From NCBI GenBank assembly GCA_902775565.1, contig CACYMP010000005.1:17911-81910 (forward strand): a stretch of 64,000 nt of DNA, given 5' to 3'. Both the position numbers and the translations under genes were made by a program. Below the pieces are notes generated by a model that saw nothing but the letters and a program-made list of their open reading frames with translations, did no database searches and was not told the DNA's origin. Shown piece after piece: positions 45,287 to 54,816 of the stretch (position 1 is its first letter; each line of letters begins with the position of its first letter). This stretch comes from Oscillospiraceae bacterium (GTDB lineage: Bacteria; Bacillota; Clostridia; Saccharofermentanales; Saccharofermentanaceae).

Positions 45287-48034
45287 TTACCATTCACCCT
45301 GGTATTTCCAGTTTGAAGGATCATGCGGATTGCCTTCCATAACGAACCAGGCACCGGGCATGAACTTGTTGCCGTTGTTTACTTCAACGTCGATTATCCT
45401 TGAATAGAAAACAGTCTGCGGACCTTGCTTCTCATGTGAATCTATCGCATGTCCCGTAAAAGGATTTACCGGGTTTTTGATAAGGCCCGAAGTAGCCAGG
45501 GTCGGTGTGTCGCCGTTAGTCATGAAATCCTCGTTGACGGTAAAGCCCTTTGCACCGAAATCCTTAACCATCAGCAGCGGCATGAAGCTTTCGAGGTCAG
45601 TGTTGTTGCAGTATTTCCCGAACTGCTCAAGGTCATTGCCGTGGTCAGATACGAGTATGATCCTTGTGTTGTCGTAAACGCCGTTTGCACGCAGATAATC
45701 GAACCATTCGCCAAGCCTCATGTAAGCCGCGACATTGACGTGATAGTGAGCTACCTGGTGGTCGTTGGTCATCTTCATCGTTACGCCGTTTAATGTATAA
45801 CGTGAGACCATATCCTTGTCGTATTCCGTGTTGTCGACATGAAGAGCCGGAGTATAACCGGGTTCCTGCAAGAGACATGGTGAATGCGTAGTCTCGTTGG
45901 CCATCATGAGGAATGTGTTTTCGTTACTGTCTGTGATCTGTGTGATCTTGGGGAGCTTTGTAAGAACAGTGTAGGACTCGAGGAAGACTTTGTCATAGCC
46001 TGTTCCTAACGATATACCATCCTTTTTCTGAACGATCGACGAAACATACAGACTGCCTTTATTGCTTGTTGCCTCATTATAGAGACCGCCGTTGTAGATA
46101 GTCTCCTGCAGCATGACGGGGGAGATCTTCATAAGCGAGAACATGAAGAAATTGCGGTTTCTGAGTTCGTTTACGCGGTTTGACATCTCGATCGAGCTGC
46201 TGCCCTCATCTTCAAAATAATTGAATCTGGCGTTGGTTATGTAGCATTTGAATTCCGGATGATCATTGAAAATGGAAAGGTCGGGGATCCATTTGTATCC
46301 TGCGTAGGAAGGATCGCAGATGGTTACTTTGTAGCCTTCATTCCCGAAAAGAACCGGCATGACTTTCAGTGCTTCATTATGCTTGCTTTCAAGGCTTTCA
46401 TTTTCTCTTGCGTTCATCCTTTCGGGAGTGTAATCGTAACCGCCGTAAAGGGCAGGCGCTCCGAAATTGGTCTGCGGACCGTAAGAGATTGTGTTCGGAT
46501 AGTATGTGAAACCGTCGAACTTTTCTTTTAGTTCGGGCTTCTCGTTAAAGATATACGGGACCTGCGTTCCTACTGCGCGGTCGAGCATGAGAACGATCAC
46601 GTTTTTGCCTGTTCTGCTTAAGGGGATCGAAGGCATCTCGGCAGACGGCCTGCTCAGATTCTCATACCAGGAATATGTTCCGAATATACCGAGAACAGGA
46701 AGCAGACCGGTTACAAAGATCGCGACCGCGCCTATGATCAGCGTCGGTTTTACTATCTTTGTAAACTTCGAATAGATGAGCAGGAAGATTACGGCAACGG
46801 CGATTATTACCGCCGCATTGATCAGATGATCAGATAACTTGAATGACGGCGTCAGATTGTACTGCAAGGTCGAGGACATGATCCCGAGCTTCTTTGCGAA
46901 AAAAGAATAATCGATCAGTGAGATACCGCATATGACCCAAATGGCTTTGCTGAATAGAACCTTGAACTTGTCGCTCATAAAGAAATAGAAAACGCCGCCC
47001 CACAATACCCAGCTGCCAAATGCGAGAAGAATGGAGTTAATGACATAGAATACCGGATTGGAAGGGTTAATGACATCAATGAATTCCTGCGCAGAAGAAT
47101 CAATAACGGTAGCCGGAATGAAAAGACCGGTAAACAATGCCATCAGGACAGTGCCTGCAATGAAAGCGGGGGTGTTTACGGTAACCGTTCCGGATCTGTT
47201 TTCGCGTCTGATCAAGCCCGTTACGAGAGGGAATATCAGTAATATCCCGCCCAGTACCAGAAGCACTTTCTGTCTTGCATCAAGAGCAGTGCTTATCAAA
47301 GCAGATACAATAACTGCGGCACCGGAGGCTGCAAGAACGATGTTAAGAGCTTTCTTCGGATCTTTAAGCTTATAGAAAATGTTCTTTACGAAAGCGAAAA
47401 CGTTGTTTAAGAGCCAGTAGAATACGAGTCCTGAAGGCGAACGGTAGAGCAGCACGAGGAATGCTGCCGCAAGACCGTACACCTGTATCTTGGACTTCAG
47501 AGGATGTCCTTTTGTGTAGATGATGCCCGTTATTACATTGATCAAGGTCATGAGTATGGGAAGAATGTTCACGGGGAAAGAGCCGAGCATGAAAGTTGCA
47601 TCTTCTTTTCCAAGATCAGAAATAAAACCGAACGGCGTGCCCTGAAGACTCTGCATACCGGAAAGGAGCCTGTATGCCGCAATGAAGAACGGGATCTGCA
47701 GCAGCAGTGAAGCGGAACTCTTTAACGCATATACAGGTTTGTAGCTGTTGACACGGTAATATGCCTGAAGCATGAAGAAACGTTCATCACCGGTAAATTC
47801 CTTTTTGATATGCTTGACGGTAGGAGCCATCTTAGCCTGGATATCATTCTCCTCTGCCTGAAGTTCATCTGCTCTCTTGTAGAGCGGAAGAACAAGGAAA
47901 TTGACCGCGATGCTTAAGAATACGATCGCGAGCCCGCTGTTGCCTATCAGCCTGTCAGCAACCGAAAAGATAACTTCAAAAAGAAGCTCTAAAGGTGAGA
48001 TTATCAATGTGTAAAGTGCTGACAGGAATGACAT
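45287..48034 (-). CDS. Fusion protein: YidC/Oxa1-like insertase domain + polytopic region + LtaS/sulfatase-fold phosphotransferase domain (copy 2)
   Basis: The N-terminal ~230 aa show the YidC core pattern (LPLYKRADELQAEENDIQAKMAP...LQIPFFIAAY...PILMTLINV...GLVFYWLLNNVF). More TM helices follow. The C-terminal alkaline-phosphatase-superfamily motifs are VLMLDRA, ETTHSPC and ILVSDHG. Confidence 0.8.
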   Translation of the reverse strand: MSFLSALYTLIISPLELLFEVIFSVADRLIGNSGLAIVFLSIAVNFLVLPLYKRADELQAEENDIQAKMAPTVKHIKKEFTGDERFFMLQAYYRVNSYKPVYALKSSASLLLQIPFFIAAYRLLSGMQSLQGTPFGFISDLGKEDATFMLGSFPVNILPILMTLINVITGIIYTKGHPLKSKIQVYGLAAAFLVLLYRSPSGLVFYWLLNNVFAFVKNIFYKLKDPKKALNIVLAASGAAVIVSALISTALDARQKVLLVLGGILLIFPLVTGLIRRENRSGTVTVNTPAFIAGTVLMALFTGLFIPATVIDSSAQEFIDVINPSNPVFYVINSILLAFGSWVLWGGVFYFFMSDKFKVLFSKAIWVICGISLIDYSFFAKKLGIMSSTLQYNLTPSFKLSDHLINAAVIIAVAVIFLLIYSKFTKIVKPTLIIGAVAIFVTGLLPVLGIFGTYSWYENLSRPSAEMPSIPLSRTGKNVIVLMLDRAVGTQVPYIFNEKPELKEKFDGFTYYPNTISYGPQTNFGAPALYGGYDYTPERMNARENESLESKHNEALKVMPVLFGNEGYKVTICDPSYAGYKWIPDLSIFNDHPEFKCYITNARFNYFEDEGSSSIEMSNRVNELRNRNFFMFSLMKISPVMLQETIYNGGLYNEATSNKGSLYVSSIVQKKDGISLGTGYDKVFLESYTVLTKLPKITQITDSNENTFLMMANETTHSPCLLQEPGYTPALHVDNTEYDKDMVSRYTLNGVTMKMTNDHQVAHYHVNVAAYMRLGEWFDYLRANGVYDNTRIILVSDHGNDLEQFGKYCNNTDLESFMPLLMVKDFGAKGFTVNEDFMTNGDTPTLATSGLIKNPVNPFTGHAIDSHEKQGPQTVFYSRIIDVEVNNGNKFMPGAWFVMEGNPHDPSNWKYQGEW

Positions 48035-48040
48035 AACGTT

Positions 48041-50809
48041 TTACCACTCTCCGAGATACTTCCATGCATTGGCATCGAACGGCATCTTGCCGTTGAAAGT
48101 GTAATGAGGTCCCGGCGGGAATTTATAGATATACTTATCGCTGGGATTCCACTCTTCGGTATACAAAACAGTCTGAGACCCTTTCTTTGCGTCGGATGTC
48201 AAAGGATTACCCGTAAAAGGATTTACGGGGTTGCTGATAAGTCCGGCGGTTGCAAGGACCGGTGTATCGCCGTTGGTCATGAAATCTTCTTTTACGTTGA
48301 AACCTTTTGCATTAAAGTCTTTTACCATCAGGAGCGGCATGAAGGATTCTAGATTCTGACCGTTGCAATTGATGCCGAACTGGTTAAGGTCCTTTCCGTG
48401 GTCAGATACAAGGATTATCCTGGTATTGTCATATACTCCGTTTGCACGCATATAGTCAAACCATTCTCCCAATTGAATGTAGGATGCGATATTGACATGG
48501 TAATGAGTGATCTGATCTACAGTGTTCATGCCCATCGTTTTGCCGTTTATCGTATAACGTGAATCGTTATTTGCGTTAAAAGCAGTGTTATCGACATTGG
48601 GTGAAGGAACATAGTCCGGAGTCTGAAGCAGGCAGGGAGAATGAGTGGAATCGAAGGCTATCATCGAGAACGTATTCTGATCGTTGTCATTAAGGACGGA
48701 AAGATTCCCGAGATTCTTCAGGACAGCATAATCATTCAGGAAGAAGATGCTGTATCCGGTACTCTTTGAAGTCGTTACATTTGACTGTATGATCGAAAAC
48801 CCTGAAGATTCTCCCGATGAAGAGACTGACTCATTGTATGCGCCGCCATTATAAACGGTTTCCTGAAGTACGAGAGGTGAAGTCTTCATTATAGCCAGCA
48901 TGAAGAAGTTGCGGTTGCGCAATTCTTTGATGCGCTCTAAAGGATTAACCGAAGTGCTGCTGTCGTTATCCCAATCGAGATAGTTTAAGGCGCCGACAGT
49001 AGTGTAGCAGGAGATATCCGGATAATCAGAGTAAATGGTGGTGTCAGGAAAAGACTTATAACCTGCATAAGGAGGATCGCAGACGGTAACTTTGTAACCT
49101 GCGTTTCTGAAAAGGACAGGCATGACCTTCAATGCTTCGTCATGTTTGTGTGCCATTGTTTCAGAGCTTCGTTCAGCCATCTTCTCCGGAGTGTATTCAT
49201 AACCGCCGTAAAGTGCCGGAGCGCCGACTATCGTACATGGTCCGTAAGACATCGTGTTCGGATAATATGTAAACCCATCGAACTTATCTTTGAGTTCCGG
49301 TTTCTCGCTGAATATATAAGGAACCTGTGTTCCCAAAGCACGGTCGAGCATAAGCACGAGAACGTTTTTGCCGTTCTTGCTGAGAGGGATAGAAGGCATT
49401 TCCACTGCAGGTTTGGAGTTGCTCCAGAAATCCCAGTAACCTGAATATGTTCCCATGATCCCCAAAGAGTTGATGAGACCTACGCCCAGAACCGTCATTA
49501 TACCTACAGCCGTGATCATGTTTGTTATCTTTACGTTCTTGGAATATATAAACCAAAGCACTCCGCCGGCTGCGGCTACAGCCAGGAGATTTATCAATTG
49601 TTCCGTAAAGCTGAATGAAGGTGCGGTGTCATATTGAAGGGTTGAAGACATAGTACCCAGCTTTGTGCCGAAAAACATATAGTCAACAACCGATATTCCG
49701 CAGATGATCCATATGGCCTTACTGAATAATCTCTTGATCTTGCCGCTCATGAAAAAGTAAAAAACACCGCCCCACAATACCCAGCTGCCAAAAGATAAAA
49801 GCATTGAGTTGACCACATAGAGTATCGGATTAGAGATCTGGACGCTGTCAACAAATTCGAGTGTGGAAGCGCTGATGACAGATGAAGGAATGAGAAGACC
49901 TGTAATGAGTGCCATCAGTACGGTGCCTGAGAAAAAGGCGATGTTATCGGCTTTGACTGCAGGCTTGTTATTCTCTTTTTTCTTGGAAAAACTAAGCACA
50001 AGGGGAAGTGCGAGCGAGATCCCGCCTGTTACCAGCAGGACTTTCTGTCTTGCATCAAGATCTGATCTGATGACAGAAGAAACGATAACGGCAGCACCTG
50101 CAACGGCAAGAACGATGCTGAGGGCTTTTTTCGGATCTTTGAGCTTGTAGAAGATGTTCTTAACAAGTGAGAATACGTTGTTTAAAAGCCAGTAGAATAC
50201 GAGTCCCGAAGGTGAGCGGTAGAGAAGGACAAGGAAGACTGCGGCGAGACCGTAGACCTGCACCTTCTCCTTTACCGGATGACCTTTGGTATAGATCATT
50301 CCCGAAATGACATTGATGAGTGTCATGAGTATCGGAAGGACATTTACAGGAAAGCTCCCTATCATGAACATTGCGTCTTCTTTTCCGAGATCGGATATGA
50401 ATCCGAATCTCATTCCCTGAAGACTCTGCATTCCCGATAAGAGGTTATATGCGGCAATGAAGAACGGGATCTGCAGCATTACCGATATCGAGCTCTTAAG
50501 AGCATACACAGGCTTATAGTGATTGATGCGGTAATATTCCTGGAGCATGAAGAAACGTTCGTCACCGGTAAACGTCTTTTTGATCTTCTTGATCCACGGA
50601 GCCATCTTGACCTGGATATCACGTTCCTCGGCCTGAAGTTCATCAGCTCTTTTATAAAGAGGCAATACCAGGAAATTAACGGCAAGACTCAGAAAAATAA
50701 TAGACAGTCCCTCATTGCCGATTATCCTGTCGGCAATGGTGAATATGACTTCAAACAGAAGTTCCAAAGGCGTTATTATCAATGTGTAAAGGATTGAAAG
50801 AATGGTCAT
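48041..50809 (-). CDS. Fusion protein: YidC/Oxa1-like insertase domain + polytopic region + LtaS/sulfatase-fold phosphotransferase domain (copy 1)
   Basis: Full-length collinear paralogue of 45287-48034 (same N-terminus M.ILS.LYTLII.PLELLFEVIF; VLMLDRA, DSTHSPC, ILVSDHG). Only 6 nt separate the two genes. Confidence 0.8.
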   Translation of the reverse strand: MTILSILYTLIITPLELLFEVIFTIADRIIGNEGLSIIFLSLAVNFLVLPLYKRADELQAEERDIQVKMAPWIKKIKKTFTGDERFFMLQEYYRINHYKPVYALKSSISVMLQIPFFIAAYNLLSGMQSLQGMRFGFISDLGKEDAMFMIGSFPVNVLPILMTLINVISGMIYTKGHPVKEKVQVYGLAAVFLVLLYRSPSGLVFYWLLNNVFSLVKNIFYKLKDPKKALSIVLAVAGAAVIVSSVIRSDLDARQKVLLVTGGISLALPLVLSFSKKKENNKPAVKADNIAFFSGTVLMALITGLLIPSSVISASTLEFVDSVQISNPILYVVNSMLLSFGSWVLWGGVFYFFMSGKIKRLFSKAIWIICGISVVDYMFFGTKLGTMSSTLQYDTAPSFSFTEQLINLLAVAAAGGVLWFIYSKNVKITNMITAVGIMTVLGVGLINSLGIMGTYSGYWDFWSNSKPAVEMPSIPLSKNGKNVLVLMLDRALGTQVPYIFSEKPELKDKFDGFTYYPNTMSYGPCTIVGAPALYGGYEYTPEKMAERSSETMAHKHDEALKVMPVLFRNAGYKVTVCDPPYAGYKSFPDTTIYSDYPDISCYTTVGALNYLDWDNDSSTSVNPLERIKELRNRNFFMLAIMKTSPLVLQETVYNGGAYNESVSSSGESSGFSIIQSNVTTSKSTGYSIFFLNDYAVLKNLGNLSVLNDNDQNTFSMIAFDSTHSPCLLQTPDYVPSPNVDNTAFNANNDSRYTINGKTMGMNTVDQITHYHVNIASYIQLGEWFDYMRANGVYDNTRIILVSDHGKDLNQFGINCNGQNLESFMPLLMVKDFNAKGFNVKEDFMTNGDTPVLATAGLISNPVNPFTGNPLTSDAKKGSQTVLYTEEWNPSDKYIYKFPPGPHYTFNGKMPFDANAWKYLGEW

Positions 50810-50813
50810 ATTC

Positions 50814-52286
50814 TTATGCTTTTGGACCCGGCAAAGCTAACTTCTTTTTTGACGGCTTCGCTTCTTTGTTTTTTGCAGCGGCTTCTTCAGACTTCTTTTT
50901 CGTGACCTCATTATATTTTTGCATTATAAAGTCAACGGTCAGAACGGCTCCGTTGCCCATGGGTACCCATGTCTCCGAACGTGCCTTGTCACGGCCTTTG
51001 CCAAATGACGGATCTTCAATGCACTTATCGATAAGTTCTTTTATGTTGCCGACATTTTCCTCGTTAAGTTCAAGTCCTAGTTCGGGAAGGGTCTTAAATG
51101 TCCATGGCGTCTCTTCGATCCACGAAGCATCGTAAGGTGAAATGTCATACTTTGTATCCGTATAGATAAGCGGTTTGTCGAATACCAATGTGAAATCGAA
51201 TATGATTCCCGAGAAATCTGAGATCAGGATATCAGCCTGCCTTAAGACTTCGAAGTTGTCGTTATCTCTGTTCCAGATGACTTTCGGATTGCCGTTGTAT
51301 TTAGACATGAGATTATCGAGCATTTCCTTCTCTGAGGAATAAGACTGCGGGTGCGGTCTTACAATAATCCTGTATCCCGTGTCGATAAGCGCATCTATCA
51401 GCTTCTCGCCGAATCTTGAAAGTATTCCGCTCTTGCCCCACGAAGGTGCCATAAGGACCGTTTTGTCATGTTCGGGAACAGGACCGGCTTCTTCGAGTCG
51501 TTTCTTCATGGCATCCATGTAGGGAATGCCGCATAAAGGAGCTTCACGCTCGGGAATCCCGCGCATTTTCTCTAGTTTCCTTATCTCTTCGACCTGATAT
51601 TCACCAGAGAGCGGAAGGGCGTCAAAATGGTCGGTGCCAAACATACGGTACATGCTGATGTCATTTGCGCCGTGCTGAACATGAATATAGAAATCAACAT
51701 TCTTGGAACGCTTCCACTGGAAAACGTCGAGGCTCGGTGTTGAGGATACAACGACTGATGCGTTCAGCAGATTCAATTTTGAGAAAGCTTTGTTGCCTTC
51801 ACCGATGAATTCACCGGTGATGTATTCGTATTTTTTGTCGAAAAAAGGATCATCTTTGGAACACGTAAGATACGTGACCTTCTGTTTTCTCTTCTCAAAC
51901 TCGTCGAGGAGCGGTTCAAAGACATTCCAGTATCTCTTGTGGTCGGTGAATATCGCGATCGGGATCTTCTGGTCGTTGAGCTTGGCACTCTTTCCGCCGC
52001 TTACGCGGTATTTGAGCTTCAGCATAAGTGCGCGTATGGAGAATACAGCCACACCAAAGATGCCGAAAAGAATTGTAAAGAGCATGCCGCCCGTGCCGGG
52101 GTCGATATAGAGAACCATTAAATAATCCATAAAAAACTTCTTTCCAAACAGATATGCGGGTAAAGGGCGAACGTAAGGCCCAACTATTATTTTATTACTT
52201 TTATTATTTTGCTTCAACTTAACCATTTCTCTCTGTTCAAACGATTTGCAAAACGGGTTGAGAAATTGTATTTTATATGTGTTCAC
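50814..52286 (-). CDS. CDP-glycerol glycerophosphotransferase family (TagB/TagF-like) protein with an N-terminal TM helix
   Basis: C-terminal TagF-type motifs (APSWGKSG, RPHP, LISDFSGIIFDF...PLIY). The true start is probably internal, e.g. MDYLMVLYIDPGTGGMLF near 52130. The stop lies 4 nt upstream of the next gene. Confidence 0.75.
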   Translation of the reverse strand: MNTYKIQFLNPFCKSFEQREMVKLKQNNKSNKIIVGPYVRPLPAYLFGKKFFMDYLMVLYIDPGTGGMLFTILFGIFGVAVFSIRALMLKLKYRVSGGKSAKLNDQKIPIAIFTDHKRYWNVFEPLLDEFEKRKQKVTYLTCSKDDPFFDKKYEYITGEFIGEGNKAFSKLNLLNASVVVSSTPSLDVFQWKRSKNVDFYIHVQHGANDISMYRMFGTDHFDALPLSGEYQVEEIRKLEKMRGIPEREAPLCGIPYMDAMKKRLEEAGPVPEHDKTVLMAPSWGKSGILSRFGEKLIDALIDTGYRIIVRPHPQSYSSEKEMLDNLMSKYNGNPKVIWNRDNDNFEVLRQADILISDFSGIIFDFTLVFDKPLIYTDTKYDISPYDASWIEETPWTFKTLPELGLELNEENVGNIKELIDKCIEDPSFGKGRDKARSETWVPMGNGAVLTVDFIMQKYNEVTKKKSEEAAAKNKEAKPSKKKLALPGPKA

Positions 52287-52309
52287 AAAAATACAAAACG
52301 AGAGTGTTC

Positions 52310-54094
52310 ATGAACAAGAGCAATCATCAAGACAGTGAAATTTCGAAACAGGCTTTGGATATCTTATTGAGCCTTAATCGTGAGAGATATACCAACCAGC
52401 GTGAGCTGGCCGAGAAAAGCGGCCTTTCGCTGGGCTTTGTCAATAAATCACTTAAGCTTCTTGAAGAAAAAGGGCTGATTGGCAAGACATGCGTTCCGAC
52501 TGCCAAAGCTAAGTCTCTGATCAGAAAATGCAGTCCTCAAAGGGCAGTTATCCTCGCGGCAGGTATCGGAATGCGTATGGTTCCGATCAACACGATAACC
52601 CCGAAGGCACTCCTTGATGTAAAAGGCGAAGTTCTGATCGAACGCCAGATAAGGCAGCTGCATGAGGCAGGTATTACCGATATTTCGGTTGTTGCAGGAT
52701 TCATGAAAGAAGCCTTTGAGTATCTTGTTGACAAGTTCAATATCAATCTGATCTCAAATGAGTATTATGCATCCAGGAACAATATCTATTCTGTCAGCAT
52801 TGCTTCTGACAGGCTTTCTAATTGCTATATAGTTCCATGCGACATATGGAGCAGGAACAATCCGTTCAGCAGGGATGAACTGTACAGCTGGTATATGGTA
52901 TCAGACTGTCAGGATAAGAAGTCTTCCGTCAGGATCAACAGAAAGAATGAACTTGTAAGGATCCCGGCGGATGATCCCGGCAACCGGATGATAGGCATCT
53001 CATATCTTCTGAAAGAAGATGCGGAAACAGTATCTTCGAATATCAGAAAGCTCCTTTCTGACGGACGTCATGAGGAGTCCTTCTGGGAAGAGGCTTTGTT
53101 CGATGATGACCGTATGTTCATCAACGCACGCCTGGTCTCTGATGATGATGTAAGAGAGATCAATACTTACGAGCAGCTTCGTGAGATAGATTCGGGATCT
53201 GATCATCTGAAAAATGATGCGATCAAGACCATTTCCAAGGTCTTCGGCTGTGAAGAAAGAGATATAAAAGACATATCTGTTCTCAAAAAAGGAATGACAA
53301 ACAGATCATTCCTGTTCTCGCTGGGCGGGTCAAAATACATCATGAGAATACCCGGAGAGGGCACGGATCTCCTGATCAACAGAAAGCAGGAAAAAGAAGT
53401 CTATGAGACCATCAGCGGTCTGGGCTTATGCGATGATCCCATATATATCAATCCGGATAACGGCTATAAGATCACCAAATATCTTGAAGGTGTAAGAGTC
53501 TGCGACTGCAATGATGAGCTGGATCTTACCAGATGCATGAAAAAGCTTAGAGAATTCCATGAGATGGAATTGAAGGTCGATCATGAGTTTGATATCTTCG
53601 CTCAAATTGAATTCTATGAATCCCTGTGGAACGGAATGCCCTCCGTATTCCGCGATTATGCAGATACAAAGTCAAAAGTTATGTCGCTTCAAGGCGTGAT
53701 AGCAAATATCAGTAAGAAATGCTGCTTAACACATATCGATGCAGTACCTGATAATTTTCTTTTCTATATGCCTGCAGGATCAAAGAAATATCTTTTGCAG
53801 CTTACTGACTGGGAATATTCAGGAATGCAGGATCCGCATGTGGATATAGCTATGTTCTGTATATACAGCCTGTTTGATAAGAACGGATGTGACCATCTTA
53901 TCGATATCTATTTCGACGGCAAATGCGATACGAAGACCAGGGGGAAGATCTATTGTTATATAGCTTCCTGCGGCCTTTTGTGGTCTAACTGGTGCGAATA
54001 CAAAAGAAGTCTCGGAGTCGAGTTTGGCGATTACAACATTCGTCAGTACCGTTACGCGAAAGAGTTCTACAGATACGCAATGGAGTTGTTATGA
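52310..54094 (+). CDS. Tripartite fusion: wHTH + LicC-like nucleotidyltransferase + LicA-like choline/aminoalcohol kinase
   Basis: wHTH (TNQRELAEKSGLSLGFVNKSLKLLEEKGLI). NTP-transferase loop ILAAGIGMRMVP...PKALL. Kinase Brenner motif LTHIDAVPDNFLF and DWEYSGMQDPHVDIA. Confidence 0.8.
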   Translation: MNKSNHQDSEISKQALDILLSLNRERYTNQRELAEKSGLSLGFVNKSLKLLEEKGLIGKTCVPTAKAKSLIRKCSPQRAVILAAGIGMRMVPINTITPKALLDVKGEVLIERQIRQLHEAGITDISVVAGFMKEAFEYLVDKFNINLISNEYYASRNNIYSVSIASDRLSNCYIVPCDIWSRNNPFSRDELYSWYMVSDCQDKKSSVRINRKNELVRIPADDPGNRMIGISYLLKEDAETVSSNIRKLLSDGRHEESFWEEALFDDDRMFINARLVSDDDVREINTYEQLREIDSGSDHLKNDAIKTISKVFGCEERDIKDISVLKKGMTNRSFLFSLGGSKYIMRIPGEGTDLLINRKQEKEVYETISGLGLCDDPIYINPDNGYKITKYLEGVRVCDCNDELDLTRCMKKLREFHEMELKVDHEFDIFAQIEFYESLWNGMPSVFRDYADTKSKVMSLQGVIANISKKCCLTHIDAVPDNFLFYMPAGSKKYLLQLTDWEYSGMQDPHVDIAMFCIYSLFDKNGCDHLIDIYFDGKCDTKTRGKIYCYIASCGLLWSNWCEYKRSLGVEFGDYNIRQYRYAKEFYRYAMELL

Positions 54095-54807
54095 GCGGAT
54101 ATAAGGTCAAACGTGCGATCATAATGGCTGCAGGCATAGGCAAAAGGATGCAGCCCCTTACATTCCAGACTCCCAAGCCGCTTATCGAAGTCAACGGCAA
54201 ACGGATGATAGACACCATTATAGATGCGCTTCTTGAGAACGGTATTGAAGACATCAATATCGTGACCGGTTATCTTGCTGACAGCTTTAAAGCTTTGATC
54301 TCAAAATATCCGACAGTCAGGTTCATCAACAATCCCGATTACGATAAGTACAATAATATTTCTTCGCTTTACTACGCGAGACATCTTCTTGATACTGATG
54401 TGATCATTACCGATGCGGATCAGATCGTACGCAACAAAGATATATTATCTCCTTCGTTTGAGATATCCGGATATAACGCCACGGAAGTTACGTCATATAC
54501 GGACGAATGGGTAATGAGTGTTGAAAACGGCGTTGTTACTTCATGTTCAAGAAACGGCGGTGACAGAGGATGGCAGCTGTACAGCATTTCCAGATGGTGC
54601 CGTGAAGATGCGATAAAGCTCAAAAAATACATTGAACTTGAATTTGAGAAAAATGAAAGAAGGGATATCTATTGGGACGATATTCCGATGTTCATCCATT
54701 TCAACGATTTCAAACTCGGGATCAGGGTTATGCAAAGCGGAGATATGGTTGAGATAGACAGCCTTGAAGAATTGAAAATTATAGATCCAAAGTATTTGAA
54801 TATGTGA
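54091..54807 (+). CDS. Second LicC-like nucleotidyl (cytidylyl) transferase
   Basis: AIIMAAGIGKRMQPLTFQTPKPLIEV. ATGA overlap with the previous gene. Confidence 0.8.
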   Translation: MSGYKVKRAIIMAAGIGKRMQPLTFQTPKPLIEVNGKRMIDTIIDALLENGIEDINIVTGYLADSFKALISKYPTVRFINNPDYDKYNNISSLYYARHLLDTDVIITDADQIVRNKDILSPSFEISGYNATEVTSYTDEWVMSVENGVVTSCSRNGGDRGWQLYSISRWCREDAIKLKKYIELEFEKNERRDIYWDDIPMFIHFNDFKLGIRVMQSGDMVEIDSLEELKIIDPKYLNM

Positions 54808-54816
54808 GGGGACAGT

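Noticed and set aside
45287-50809. The two 2.7-kb genes considered as an assembly duplication or a mobile/IS-like repeat
   Set aside because: The nucleotide sequences are clearly diverged, with only short identical stretches. Both ORFs are intact with individual substitutions throughout. There are no terminal repeats or transposase genes.
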